A DNA stretch of 32,000 bases from Desulfocapsa sulfexigens DSM 10523 (GTDB taxonomy: Bacteria > Desulfobacterota > Desulfobulbia > Desulfobulbales > Desulfocapsaceae): the NCBI RefSeq assembly GCF_000341395.1, contig NC_020304.1, forward strand, positions 2,820,001-2,852,000, in the 5' to 3' direction. The stretch's first letter is position 1. Every line of letters begins with the position of its first letter. Under the pieces are notes generated by a model. The model worked only from the letters and a program-made list of their open reading frames with translations. It was not told the origin of the DNA and did no database searches. A program made the position numbers and the translations under genes. This document shows positions 16,174 through 26,148 of the stretch, in pieces.

Positions 16174-18495
16174 TTATGATTTTGTCTTTTCATTAGTTTT
16201 CTCTTCTTCCTGCTGTTGTAACAGAGCAGCCGCTGCTCCTGCTTCAAGAATTTTTTTGTTTTCTTCCGTGATGTTTGCTGTTTCAGGTAGTTCAACAATA
16301 ACTTTTCGATGGGCATAATGGATGCCCTTGGCGGCAAGTGCCTCGGAAATTCTGCGGTAGGCCTCTCTCTGAATGACAAATTGAGTTCCTGGCTGTGCCT
16401 TGAACTTAACCCTTATAATCATGACAGAGCCCGTGATCTCTCTTACACCTGCAGATTTGACAGGTTGAATAAAGTCATCTTTGAATTCGTCATCGGCGAG
16501 CATTGCCTGGCCAACTTTCTTGATGATCTTACGAATCTGGTCGATATCTGCATCGTAGGAAAATTCAAGATTAAATTTAACAATTATACCACCGCGCATA
16601 AAGTTGGTGATGGAACCGAGTTCGCTGTGAGGGACGATTTGAAGCATGCCCCGGTGGTGGCGAAGCATGACATTACGAAGGCTTATGGATTCGACGGCTC
16701 CTGAGACTGAACCCGCCTGAATATACTCTCCGACGCGGAAAGCATCGTCGAGGAGATAGAAAAAGCCTGAGAAAACATCACTTACCATCTTTTGAGCACC
16801 AAAACCAATGGCAAGGCCAACAACCCCTGCGCCGGCAAGCAGTGGCCCAATATCAACACCCATTGAAGAAAGGATTACCAGTGTTACCATCACCAGTAAG
16901 GTGGATGCGATAAACTTACGGAGCATGGGAAGCAGGGTAAAACTTCTCCCCCTGGTGGCAGCACCACCCCATTCATCATCATTTTCTTCCTTTTCTTCGT
17001 CAACTGGCATGGTTTCAAGGATCTTTTTCTCTATATAGCTGGAGGAAAATTTCCACACGGTTAAACCCAGGGCAACAGCTATGAGCGACTGAAATACTGC
17101 TTTGGTGATATTGGTGGCATAGGGGATATACACATTCCATAAGCTCAGTGTCCAGACCAGCAGTGTTACCAGAATTGAAAGGCTCATAAAGCGGGATGTT
17201 GTAACATAGAGTTTACGTTCCTTTTCCTTTGCAACAAGGATACTTGCCTGTATTTCTCTGCTGGCAGAGTCTTCGTCCTCATGATTATACATTCGCAGGG
17301 TGTTGATGGAAACCCGGACAATCCATTGGCCAAGACCATTAAAAATAACAAAGAGTGGAAGGATTGTCAGGCTCATAAGAAATGCAGAATTACCACGTTG
17401 CACACCTGTGAGCTGGTCTCCAAGCATAATGATCCAGATAATAAGGACATAGAGAATAGTGGGGACGTGCCAGAACTGGGCAAACTGCTCAACCACCCAG
17501 TTCCGTGTCCCGTTCTGGTCGCTTTTATCAAGGATACGATTTGCAACATAGTGACGACTGCGCATAATCATAAGCACAATGACGAAAACAAGAAAAGTTG
17601 CGATAATCATGGCCGTTGATTGCACAGCTGTTTTACTGAGTCCCAGTTCCCGTTGTAAGGCAAGAAACATAATTGCAGTAAAGATATATGAACAAAGAAA
17701 GAGGGTTGCCCTATGAACTGTAGCAGCCGTTATGTCATCAAAGGGCAAAACCCGAAGGGCGGCAGAGCCTGGAGAACTGAGTATACGGGACAACTGGGCA
17801 AGAAGACGATAAAAAAGAATAGAAAAAAGCAGGGCAAGAAAGACGTAGCGTAATGGAGAGTAGTCAGTACCCGGCAGCATAAAAAAGAAAAGGAGAGCAG
17901 CCGTTGCGAAAACGAAAATATGGACCAGAGAGGGGATGGAGAGCATAAGGCCAGCGATAAAGCGCATGGGGCCGTCGAGTACTGGAATGGCTTTTTCTTG
18001 AAACTGTTTTCTGAAATTAGCAGTGAAACGACGGGTAAAGTATTCACTTCCCCAGGCGGCTCCAAATATTCCAAAAAGCATTGCCAGAGAAAGTATAAAA
18101 TTTCCTAAACTCCCCCTGCCGACTTTTCTCGCAACTATGAGGTAATCGCCGGGAAAACTGCTAAGACGGGAAAGGAAACTGCTCGACTTTTTCTTTCTAT
18201 TTTCACCTTCGTCCAGTAGATGGAGCCATTTGGCAGTCTTTCCAACAAGGCCGCCAGTTTTTTGTGGAGCACTGGTAGAGGGCGTAGGATTACTTGTGAG
18301 TTCTGATATCAGCAAACTGCGAACCTGTTCGTCGCTCATCTTGGCAAGAACAGAGCCAATCTGGTCTGGAGCAACTCCCTTAAGTCTTCCACTTTCAGCA
18401 GCTGTCTCTTCAACAGCTGCAAGGGGTGCTGGGGAGAGCATGGTAAGAGAGATTGCCAGCAGGCAGAAATAGAGAAAAATGCTATATCTTTTCAT
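16174..18495 (-). CDS. Large mechanosensitive ion channel, MscS family (MscK/MscM-like architecture)
   Basis: Signal peptide, periplasmic N-terminal region and multiple TMs. The MscS core is GFGAQKMVSDVFSGFFYLLDDAFRVGEYI, followed by a beta/alpha-beta C-terminal domain. Confidence 0.9.
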   Translation of the reverse strand: MKRYSIFLYFCLLAISLTMLSPAPLAAVEETAAESGRLKGVAPDQIGSVLAKMSDEQVRSLLISELTSNPTPSTSAPQKTGGLVGKTAKWLHLLDEGENRKKKSSSFLSRLSSFPGDYLIVARKVGRGSLGNFILSLAMLFGIFGAAWGSEYFTRRFTANFRKQFQEKAIPVLDGPMRFIAGLMLSIPSLVHIFVFATAALLFFFMLPGTDYSPLRYVFLALLFSILFYRLLAQLSRILSSPGSAALRVLPFDDITAATVHRATLFLCSYIFTAIMFLALQRELGLSKTAVQSTAMIIATFLVFVIVLMIMRSRHYVANRILDKSDQNGTRNWVVEQFAQFWHVPTILYVLIIWIIMLGDQLTGVQRGNSAFLMSLTILPLFVIFNGLGQWIVRVSINTLRMYNHEDEDSASREIQASILVAKEKERKLYVTTSRFMSLSILVTLLVWTLSLWNVYIPYATNITKAVFQSLIAVALGLTVWKFSSSYIEKKILETMPVDEEKEENDDEWGGAATRGRSFTLLPMLRKFIASTLLVMVTLVILSSMGVDIGPLLAGAGVVGLAIGFGAQKMVSDVFSGFFYLLDDAFRVGEYIQAGSVSGAVESISLRNVMLRHHRGMLQIVPHSELGSITNFMRGGIIVKFNLEFSYDADIDQIRKIIKKVGQAMLADDEFKDDFIQPVKSAGVREITGSVMIIRVKFKAQPGTQFVIQREAYRRISEALAAKGIHYAHRKVIVELPETANITEENKKILEAGAAAALLQQQEEEKTNEKTKS

Positions 18496-18537
18496 TATGG
18501 TTACACTATATATTTGACAGGTATAGTTGAGGTGGTA

Positions 18538-21500
18538 TTATTTTTCTTTCGGTGGAAAAAGTCGTTCGCTGCTGCTCTGAATAACCTTATAAAACACCGG
18601 CACAAAGAGTACTGCCAGAAAAGTTGCGGCAATCATCCCACCAAAAACAGCGGTGCCAAGGGCCTGACGAGAGGCTCCTCCTGCCCCATTGGCGATCACA
18701 AGTGGGTAAACTCCTAAAATAAAGGCAAATGATGTCATAAGGATAGGGCGGAAACGGAGTCTTGCCGCTTCCATGGCCGCATCAAAAATGGACATCCCTT
18801 TTTTCTCACGTGCCTCAACTGCAAACTCTACAATGAGAATGGCATTCTTACAGGCAAGGGCAATGAGGAGCACAATACCTATCTGGGTGTACACATTGTT
18901 ATCCATTTGACGTACCATGAGGGCGATTACGGTTCCAAGAAGTGCCAGCGGCACAGCAAGAATAACACCAATGGAGATTGACCAGCTTTCATACTGGGCG
19001 CAGAGTACCAGGTAGACAAGAGCGATGCAGATGGCAAAAATTGGGCCGGGATTGCCGGCATTTTTTTCCTGATACGACATGCCAGTCCATTCTGACCCCA
19101 TGGAGTTTGGTAGAACACGTGCTGCCGTCTCTTCCATGGCATTCATTGCCTGACCAGAACTGAAACCGGGAGCACCTGTACCGGTAATTGTCGCCGTGGG
19201 ATACATGTTATAACGGGTAATGATTGCAGGGCCAAATATTTCTTCAACGGAAAGCAGCGTCCCAAGAGGTATCATTTTATCGTCACTGGATCGAACCTGG
19301 AGTTTGGCAATATCCTCCACATTGGATCTGGCATCATCCTGTGCCTGGATGTTAACCTGGAAGGTACGGTTGAATTTGTTGAAATCATTAACATATGAAG
19401 CCCCAAGGAAGGCCTGCATGGATCCAAATATCTCGGAGAGCTGGATATTCAGGGTTTTGGCCTTGGTGCGGTCTATATCTGCAAAGAGCTGGGGGACATT
19501 GGCCCGAAATGTTGTATAGGCCGAGGAGATAATCGGGTCTTTTACTCCTGCCGCTGAAAGGTCATTTGTTATTTCCTGCAGGGCGGGTAAACCAATTCCT
19601 GCCATATCTTCAACCTGCAACTGGAATCCACCGGCATTTCCAATTCCGGAAATAGGTGGAGGAGGAAATTGTATAATAATCGCTTCCTTAATTCGGCTTC
19701 CAGCTCCTGCCATCTGCATCAAGATATGCTTCATGTCATGTCCGTTGGGGATCCGCTCGGCAAAATCTTTGAAAACCACCCACAGAGCAGCACCATTTGA
19801 CATTCCGGCACCGTCAAGAAGGGAGTAACCTGCAACTGAAATGACATCTTTTACACCATCCATGGTTCTCAGTGCGTCTTCGAGTTCCTTGACCACGGCC
19901 TGGGTACGTTCAAGGGATGAGGCATCGGGTAACTGGACGGCATACATGGCATATCCCTGATCCTCTGTGGGGATAAATCCCGTGGGCAGGCCGGTAAAGC
20001 CAGTCCAGGCAGCAACCGCTATACCTGCAAAGAGAACCATGGTGATAAGGGAGCGGCGTACCATAAGATGGACAATGGACTCGTAGGCATTCCGTGATTT
20101 GTCGAACATGGCATCAAACCAGCGGAAGAAGATCATCTTCTTTTTGGGGGTGGGCCGCAGGATAATGGCACACAGGGCAGGGCTGAGAGTGAGGGCATTG
20201 ATGGATGAGAAAAAAGTGGAAGCGGCAATGGTCAAGGCAAACTGTCTGTAAAGCTGGCCGGTTATCCCACCGAGAAAGGCGGTTGGGACAAAAACTGCCA
20301 GGAGTACCAGAGTGGTCGCGACGATGGGCCCGGTCACTTCCTCCATGGCGGCAAGAGCACCTTCTTTGGCGCTCATTTTGTGCTCATCCATATTTCGCAT
20401 GGTGTTCTCCACTACAACAATGGCATCATCAACAACGATACCGATGGCAAGCACAATACCGAAAAGAGTGATCATGTTGATGGAAAACCCAATCAACCCC
20501 ATTGCGGCAAAGGTTCCAATAAGGGATACTGGAATAGTGATCACAGGGATAAGGGTTGCCCGCCAGTCCTGAAGAAAAACAAAGATAACAACGAGGACTA
20601 GAACAATGGCTATCCAAAGTGTTTCTTCAACCTCCGCAATGGCTTCTTCAACAAAGAGAGTGGTATCAAAAGGGATTTTATATTCAAGATCGGGCGGAAA
20701 GGATTTTTTTAATTCCTCCATTTTTGCGGCAATCTGTTCTTTCAGGGCAATGGCATTGGCCCCTGGCAACTGATAAATCATCATCAATGCATTTTCATCA
20801 CCATTGAGCCTGGTGTCATAGTTGTACTCCTTTGACTGCATCTCAACCCGTGCAATGTCTTTGATACGGGTGAGCTTTCCTCCAGATCCCTGTTTTACAA
20901 TTATGTCGCCAAATTCCTCAGGGCTGTTAAGGCGGCCAAGAGTATTTACGGTGTACTGAAAGGCCTGGCCGGATGGGGCAGGTGGCGCACCAATCTGCCC
21001 TGCTGCCACCTGGACATTCTGCTCACGCAGGGCGGCGGTGACATCACTGGTAGTCAGGTCTCTGGAACGCAGTAAATCCGGGTCGAGCCAGATGCGCATG
21101 GAGTAATCCCCAGCGCCAAAGGCGGCAACATCGCCAACACCAGCTATTCTTGAAATTTCGTCTTTTAAACGGAGTGAGATATAGTTACTGAGATAATACT
21201 TGTCATAGGTTTTGTTGGGTGATGTAAGTGTCACCATCAATACAATAGAGTTCGATCGTTTTTTGGTGGTGACCCCGATATTTTTTACTTCCTGAGGGAG
21301 AGCCGCCATGGCAATGGCAACACGGTTCTGTACCAGAACTGCTGCCATATCAGCATCCGTCCCCGTTTCAAAGGAGACGGTAAGATTGTATGTTCCCGAA
21401 TTGGTGGAGGTGCTGGACATATAGATCATTCCTTCCACACCATTCACCTGTTGTTCAATGGGTGCTGCGACGGTATCAGCAATAACCTGAGCATTGGCAC

Positions 21501-21651
21501 CGGGATAGGCAGTTGAAACCTGGACAGTGGGAGGGGCAAGCTCGGGGTACTGGGCGATGGGGAGTCCGGTAAGGGTCACTCCTCCTGCCAGTACAATGAT
21601 GAGAGCAATAACGGAGGCAAAAATAGGGCGATTGATGAAAAAACGACTCAT
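18538..21651 (-). CDS. RND multidrug efflux permease (HAE1, AcrB/MexB-like)
   Basis: 1037 aa. Canonical N-terminus [23 protein letters not shown] and 12-TM RND organisation with two large periplasmic loops. Confidence 0.96.
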   Translation of the reverse strand: MSRFFINRPIFASVIALIIVLAGGVTLTGLPIAQYPELAPPTVQVSTAYPGANAQVIADTVAAPIEQQVNGVEGMIYMSSTSTNSGTYNLTVSFETGTDADMAAVLVQNRVAIAMAALPQEVKNIGVTTKKRSNSIVLMVTLTSPNKTYDKYYLSNYISLRLKDEISRIAGVGDVAAFGAGDYSMRIWLDPDLLRSRDLTTSDVTAALREQNVQVAAGQIGAPPAPSGQAFQYTVNTLGRLNSPEEFGDIIVKQGSGGKLTRIKDIARVEMQSKEYNYDTRLNGDENALMMIYQLPGANAIALKEQIAAKMEELKKSFPPDLEYKIPFDTTLFVEEAIAEVEETLWIAIVLVLVVIFVFLQDWRATLIPVITIPVSLIGTFAAMGLIGFSINMITLFGIVLAIGIVVDDAIVVVENTMRNMDEHKMSAKEGALAAMEEVTGPIVATTLVLLAVFVPTAFLGGITGQLYRQFALTIAASTFFSSINALTLSPALCAIILRPTPKKKMIFFRWFDAMFDKSRNAYESIVHLMVRRSLITMVLFAGIAVAAWTGFTGLPTGFIPTEDQGYAMYAVQLPDASSLERTQAVVKELEDALRTMDGVKDVISVAGYSLLDGAGMSNGAALWVVFKDFAERIPNGHDMKHILMQMAGAGSRIKEAIIIQFPPPPISGIGNAGGFQLQVEDMAGIGLPALQEITNDLSAAGVKDPIISSAYTTFRANVPQLFADIDRTKAKTLNIQLSEIFGSMQAFLGASYVNDFNKFNRTFQVNIQAQDDARSNVEDIAKLQVRSSDDKMIPLGTLLSVEEIFGPAIITRYNMYPTATITGTGAPGFSSGQAMNAMEETAARVLPNSMGSEWTGMSYQEKNAGNPGPIFAICIALVYLVLCAQYESWSISIGVILAVPLALLGTVIALMVRQMDNNVYTQIGIVLLIALACKNAILIVEFAVEAREKKGMSIFDAAMEAARLRFRPILMTSFAFILGVYPLVIANGAGGASRQALGTAVFGGMIAATFLAVLFVPVFYKVIQSSSERLFPPKEK

Positions 21652-21747
21652 GAGATATATCTCTTAGGCTAGATTGATAATCGCAATATGGGTTACTCTT
21701 TTCACTGTCAGGAAGATGACAGTGATCGTAATGGACTGGAGTGGATT

Positions 21748-22887
21748 TCAGTTTTGAGCTGTTTTGGGAGTCACTTTTGCGCCGGGTCGCGCACGCTGAA
21801 CACCATTAACAACGACCATATCATCCTTAATTATGCCTTTACGAATTACGCGAAATCCGTCAACAAGGGCACCAATTTCAACCGGTTTATACTCAACGGT
21901 TCCATCAGCAGTGACACCTAACAGATAACGCCCACGCTGATCGGAAGAAAGGGCAATTTCCGGTACCAGCAGGGCATCTTTTTCAACATGGGTAGGGATT
22001 CTAATTTTGGCAAAGAGTCCTGGTATGATATAGAGGTCTTTGTTGTCGAATTTTGCCCGCGTCAGGATTGTTCCCGTTGAAAGATCTACCTGGCTGTCGA
22101 GATAGTCACTTACCCCACTATATGGGTAGTTGGAGTCATCACCCAGTCCCAGTTCCACAGAAACGGGATTTCTTGTGATGTCATTTATCCCCTGTTCTTT
22201 GAGGTGTCTTTTGAAAAGCATCAGTGAGCGTTCATCCATATTGAAATAGACGTAGATCGGGTCGTAGTTAACCAATGTTGCAAGAAGGGTTTTATCACCC
22301 GCACCTACAAGGTTTCCATTATCAACAAGATTCCTGCTGATAAGGCCACTCTCAGGGGCATAGATTCTTGTGTAGGAGAGCTGCAATTTTGCTGAAGTCA
22401 GCTGAGCTTGAGATTCCAGAATCTGAGCCTGGGCTATACTAAGTTCGGCCTTCGCTTCGAGAACGGCGAGTTCGCTTACAGCCTTTTCTTTGTAAGCGCT
22501 TTCCTTCCGTTTTAATGTTGCTTCTGCCAGTTTAAGCCTTGCTTCTCTGGTTTTAAGATCTGCCTCTGCTTTTGCAACATCAGCCTCAAAAGGTTTGGCG
22601 TCAATGTTGAAAAGAAGATCTCCTTTTTCCACCAGTTTGCCTGGTTCAAAGGAGAAACTCTCGAGATATCCTTCAACTCGGGCACGGAATTCTATCTCTT
22701 TTCGTGCTTCTGTGTATCCCGTGAAGTAGATGTAGTTTGTGACATCCCTGACTGTTGGATTAGCAACAGTTACCTCAGGAGGGGGAGGGGGCGCTGGTGT
22801 CTGCTGTTGTTGTTCCTTGCATCCTCCTGTGAGGAGGGCGCTGAGACATATGGTCAAAATCAGAAAAAAGGAAATTGAATTTTTCAT
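21748..22887 (-). CDS. RND efflux periplasmic adaptor (MFP, AcrA-like) lipoprotein
   Basis: I chose the ATG at 22887, which gives MKNSISFFLILTICLSALLTGG-C (lipobox). The protein has coiled-coil hairpin and beta-barrel regions typical of HlyD/AcrA adaptors. The track ORF extends to 23007, overlapping the OMF gene. Confidence 0.9.
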   Translation of the reverse strand: MKNSISFFLILTICLSALLTGGCKEQQQQTPAPPPPPEVTVANPTVRDVTNYIYFTGYTEARKEIEFRARVEGYLESFSFEPGKLVEKGDLLFNIDAKPFEADVAKAEADLKTREARLKLAEATLKRKESAYKEKAVSELAVLEAKAELSIAQAQILESQAQLTSAKLQLSYTRIYAPESGLISRNLVDNGNLVGAGDKTLLATLVNYDPIYVYFNMDERSLMLFKRHLKEQGINDITRNPVSVELGLGDDSNYPYSGVSDYLDSQVDLSTGTILTRAKFDNKDLYIIPGLFAKIRIPTHVEKDALLVPEIALSSDQRGRYLLGVTADGTVEYKPVEIGALVDGFRVIRKGIIKDDMVVVNGVQRARPGAKVTPKTAQN

Positions 22888-22903
22888 AATAGTGTGTGGA
22901 AAA

Positions 22904-24373
22904 TTATTGTGGGAGTTCGCTGTGGCGCTCAGGCTGAGTGGTCCAGCCACCGGCAAGAGCTTTATAGAGACTGACCAGTTGAACAGCAGCATCGCCTCTG
23001 GCAGCATCCTGATTACTTTCAGAATTCAGTAGAGAGCGCTGGGCATCGAGTACGTCCTGGAATGGGGTAAGACCATCTTTGTAAAGTTTGATCGACATGC
23101 TCACAGTCTCTTTGGAGGCCTGTACGGAGTGGTTTAAGGCCTCGAGTCGGAGGCGCTGTTCATGAAATCCACTTAAGCTGTCCTCAACCTCTTTGATGGC
23201 GTTTAACATGGTTAGTTCGTAGGAGTAGAGAGCCTGTTCTGTTCTGGCATCCTGAACGGCAATATTCTGTCGTATGCGGTCCATGTTAAAAATGTTCCAG
23301 TGAAGAGAAGGACCAATACCATAGACTGTACTGGCAGAATTAAAGAAATTCCCGGCGTCTAAGGAGGCAAGTCCAAGTGAACCAACCAGAGAAAAACTGG
23401 GGTAGAGATCTGCTGTTGCAACGCCAATACGTGCAGTCTGGGCGGCGATTTTCCGTTCGGCGAGCTTTACATCGGGTCTCTGGCGGATACGTTCAGCGGG
23501 AATTCCAACAGTCAGTTCGGCGGGAGGAACTGGTATTGGTCTGACTGTGCTGAATTCCTGGCGGAGGATGTCGGATGGTTGACCAGTAAGGACACTGAGC
23601 GCTGTGATATTTTTCTGTAGAGCTATCCGCAACAATGGGAGTTCGGCTTCAGTGCTGGCAAGCTCACGTGTTGCCTGAGCAACGTCGAGATAGGTCGCAA
23701 TGCCGTTTTTGTAGCGAACTTCCGTAAGGTGCAGCATGTCCTGCTGTGATGTGATGTTCTTTTTCGTTGTTTCCAGTTGTGCCTGGAGAGTACGCATCGA
23801 AAAATAATTTACTGCGATTTCAGCCCTGATGCTGATCAGGACATCATTATGATCCTCCCAGGATGCCTGGTACTCGGCAGTGGCAGCTTCAATGGAACGC
23901 CTTATCCTTCCAAAGAGGTCAATTTCCCAGCTGGCATCGGCTGAAAAAGCATATTTTGTCTCTTCACTGGTTGCCAGGGGATTAACGTTTTCACTCTCCT
24001 TGGCCCAGGTAACAGCACCGTCTGCATCAATCTCAGGATAGAGACCTGAGCTTTCAATGCCGAGTGAAGCACGGGCTTCTTTAACCCGTGCAAGGGCCAT
24101 TTTAATGTCAAAGTTGTTCTGTTCCCCGAGACGTATCAGTGAGCTGAGCTGAGGGTCATTAAAGATGTCCCACCAGTGGCTGAGATCGGTCTGTTCGAAA
24201 CGGACTCCGGGATAGATGATGCTGCTTATCTGAACAGAAGAGGTTCCCTTTGGGGCTTGATAATCGGGGCCAACCATGCAGCCAGAAAGACTCAAGGTGA
24301 GGGTGAGAAGACCATAGAGTATAGAGCGTTCATAATTCCTGTCTGGAGGGTGTTTATCGAATATGATGGACAT
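22904..24373 (-). CDS. Efflux outer membrane factor lipoprotein (NodT/OprM family)
   Basis: Lipobox LSLSG-C followed by MVGPDYQAP, a hallmark of the NodT family, and tandem TolC-like repeats. Confidence 0.93.
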   Translation of the reverse strand: MSIIFDKHPPDRNYERSILYGLLTLTLSLSGCMVGPDYQAPKGTSSVQISSIIYPGVRFEQTDLSHWWDIFNDPQLSSLIRLGEQNNFDIKMALARVKEARASLGIESSGLYPEIDADGAVTWAKESENVNPLATSEETKYAFSADASWEIDLFGRIRRSIEAATAEYQASWEDHNDVLISIRAEIAVNYFSMRTLQAQLETTKKNITSQQDMLHLTEVRYKNGIATYLDVAQATRELASTEAELPLLRIALQKNITALSVLTGQPSDILRQEFSTVRPIPVPPAELTVGIPAERIRQRPDVKLAERKIAAQTARIGVATADLYPSFSLVGSLGLASLDAGNFFNSASTVYGIGPSLHWNIFNMDRIRQNIAVQDARTEQALYSYELTMLNAIKEVEDSLSGFHEQRLRLEALNHSVQASKETVSMSIKLYKDGLTPFQDVLDAQRSLLNSESNQDAARGDAAVQLVSLYKALAGGWTTQPERHSELPQ

Positions 24374-24441
24374 TGAATGACAAAAGTTGAGTTTTGTAAA
24401 AGGATCAAAGAACCCTGCGCCATTGAACAGGATGAAATTGT

Positions 24442-25140
24442 TTAGTAGGAGACTTTGGTGGTTTTTAATTTGGATTGTTCAGCCATTGTTGTTCGCAGTG
24501 CATCAGCCTGTGGATTATGTGTTGTGTTTCCTATAATGATGTCAGCAGGAGAGACTTTTTGCTTGTAGTAGGCGGCATTCCATTTGTCACGAGGGTTTAC
24601 GATTGCTCCTTCTATGGAAACCCCCAAAAATGCCCCCTTGGATCGTGCAAAGGCTAGGATATCAGCGGTGGCAGCTTTTGCTCCTTGTCCCAGGGGCCCG
24701 GCGGCAACGGTTACATCGGCACCGAGTTTAAAAGAAGTGCTGAGCATGGAATCCATACCCTTGTCTGTCATGACCATGAGGACAATCTCCGAGGCCTCAC
24801 CACCAATCTGAAGACCGAAGGAGACGGCGCCCATGGAATAGAAAACGGGGTAGCTCCAGATATTTGTTTTCATATCCCGGGAAAGTAAAACCCCTGAACC
24901 ACCTGACCCACCGATAAAGAAGCCAGCCTTCAGCATTTGAGGAACAATGAATACCGCCTTGGCATATTGAATATTGTGTTGAAACCACGTCATTTCCGGG
25001 TCATCGCCAAAACTCTTCATAAGGATTGTAGATTGATCAACGAGTGCCTGGATATCAGTATAATCATCTGCTGAAGCTGTACTGATCTGACAAGAGAAAA
25101 TTGTGAAAAGAAAGAAGGACAGCAGCTTTTTGGTTAACAT
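24442..25140 (-). CDS. Secreted SYLF (Ysc84/DUF500) lipid-binding domain protein
   Basis: Signal peptide (FLFTIFSCQISTASA). GFFIGGSGGSGVLLSRD ... SFGLQIGGEASEIVLMVMT ... GAFLGVSIEGA is the repeating pattern of SYLF domains. Confidence 0.75.
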   Translation of the reverse strand: MLTKKLLSFFLFTIFSCQISTASADDYTDIQALVDQSTILMKSFGDDPEMTWFQHNIQYAKAVFIVPQMLKAGFFIGGSGGSGVLLSRDMKTNIWSYPVFYSMGAVSFGLQIGGEASEIVLMVMTDKGMDSMLSTSFKLGADVTVAAGPLGQGAKAATADILAFARSKGAFLGVSIEGAIVNPRDKWNAAYYKQKVSPADIIIGNTTHNPQADALRTTMAEQSKLKTTKVSY

Positions 25141-25322
25141 AAAGACCCCGCTGGTTTGTGCACTAAACAGTCGCTGGAGCTATGAAGACAAGATATTGTC
25201 TGCTTAGAAAAATATCGTCAAATACACTCTAAGTGACTATAGTGGATAGCATTTACTAATGTCAAATACTTTACCTGTTATTAATAATCAAGATCAAATT
25301 GGTCTTGGGAGGGAATACTATT

Positions 25323-26045
25323 ATGGTTCCACTGAAAGAAGAGGTCCTGCTTGGGATCTATGAAGAATTTGAAAGGTGGGTCGATGAAGATCTTGCCTGT
25401 AAAAAAGGTTGCGCCACCTGCTGTACCCAGAATGTTGTGATTACAGCCGTTGAGGGAGAGTTCATCCATCGCTTTATCTGTGAAAAGGGCATGCAGGAGT
25501 GGTTTGCTGAAAAACTTCAGAAAAAGGCACAGACGAGAAGGCCTGAACTTACAACTAACGGTTTTGCTGCCGCTTGTCTTGAGGGGAAGGATGTGGAGCC
25601 GGATTCCTATGGCAGCAGTGAGCCCTGTCCGTTTTTGGAAAATGACTGTTGCACCATTTATGAGGTGAGGCCATTTTCCTGTCGCTGTTTTGCCTCCACT
25701 GTAACCTGCCGTCCAGGGATTCCGGCACTCATTGGAGAGCAGTATCTCTCAGCTTCAACAGCTGTAATGCAACTCATAGAGCATCTTGGCCAGGGTGAGT
25801 TTCTGGGGAATATGCAGGATGTTTTGCTGGCCCTTTGTGGGCTTCCTGAAAACCGAAAATATTTTGATCTTCTTCCTGCATCCATGTCTGACCAAGGGCT
25901 GGCAAATGTTGTAAAGGCATTGCCTTTGCCTGGTTTTCTTTTGCTTGAGGAAGAGATGGAAAAGGTGGCTCCTCTGCTTGAAGCTGTTTTTGCTCATACC
26001 TTAAAGGATGGCAGAACAATTGAAAGTATACTGAATAACCGTTAA
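25323..26045 (+). CDS. YkgJ-family cysteine-cluster (putative Zn/Fe-chelating) protein
   Basis: CKKGCATCC and CPFLENDCCTIYEVRPFSCRCF motifs. The ATG at 25323 has GGGAGGG about 10 nt upstream. The track start at 25299 is a TTG. Confidence 0.8.
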   Translation: MVPLKEEVLLGIYEEFERWVDEDLACKKGCATCCTQNVVITAVEGEFIHRFICEKGMQEWFAEKLQKKAQTRRPELTTNGFAAACLEGKDVEPDSYGSSEPCPFLENDCCTIYEVRPFSCRCFASTVTCRPGIPALIGEQYLSASTAVMQLIEHLGQGEFLGNMQDVLLALCGLPENRKYFDLLPASMSDQGLANVVKALPLPGFLLLEEEMEKVAPLLEAVFAHTLKDGRTIESILNNR

Positions 26046-26078
26046 TCGCTATTTCGAACTCAGGAGAAACAAAAAAAA

Positions 26079-26099
26079 CCCTCTTTGTATAAAAGAGGG
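26079..26099. terminator. Bidirectional rho-independent terminator between convergent genes
   Basis: CCCTCTTT (26079-26086) and AAAGAGGG (26092-26099), flanked by A8 upstream (26071-26078) and CTTTTTC downstream. Confidence 0.75.
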
Positions 26100-26148
26100 C
26101 TTTTTCTGCTTTAGAGAAAGGGGTACTGCTCAGGAGTGTTGCATTGTC

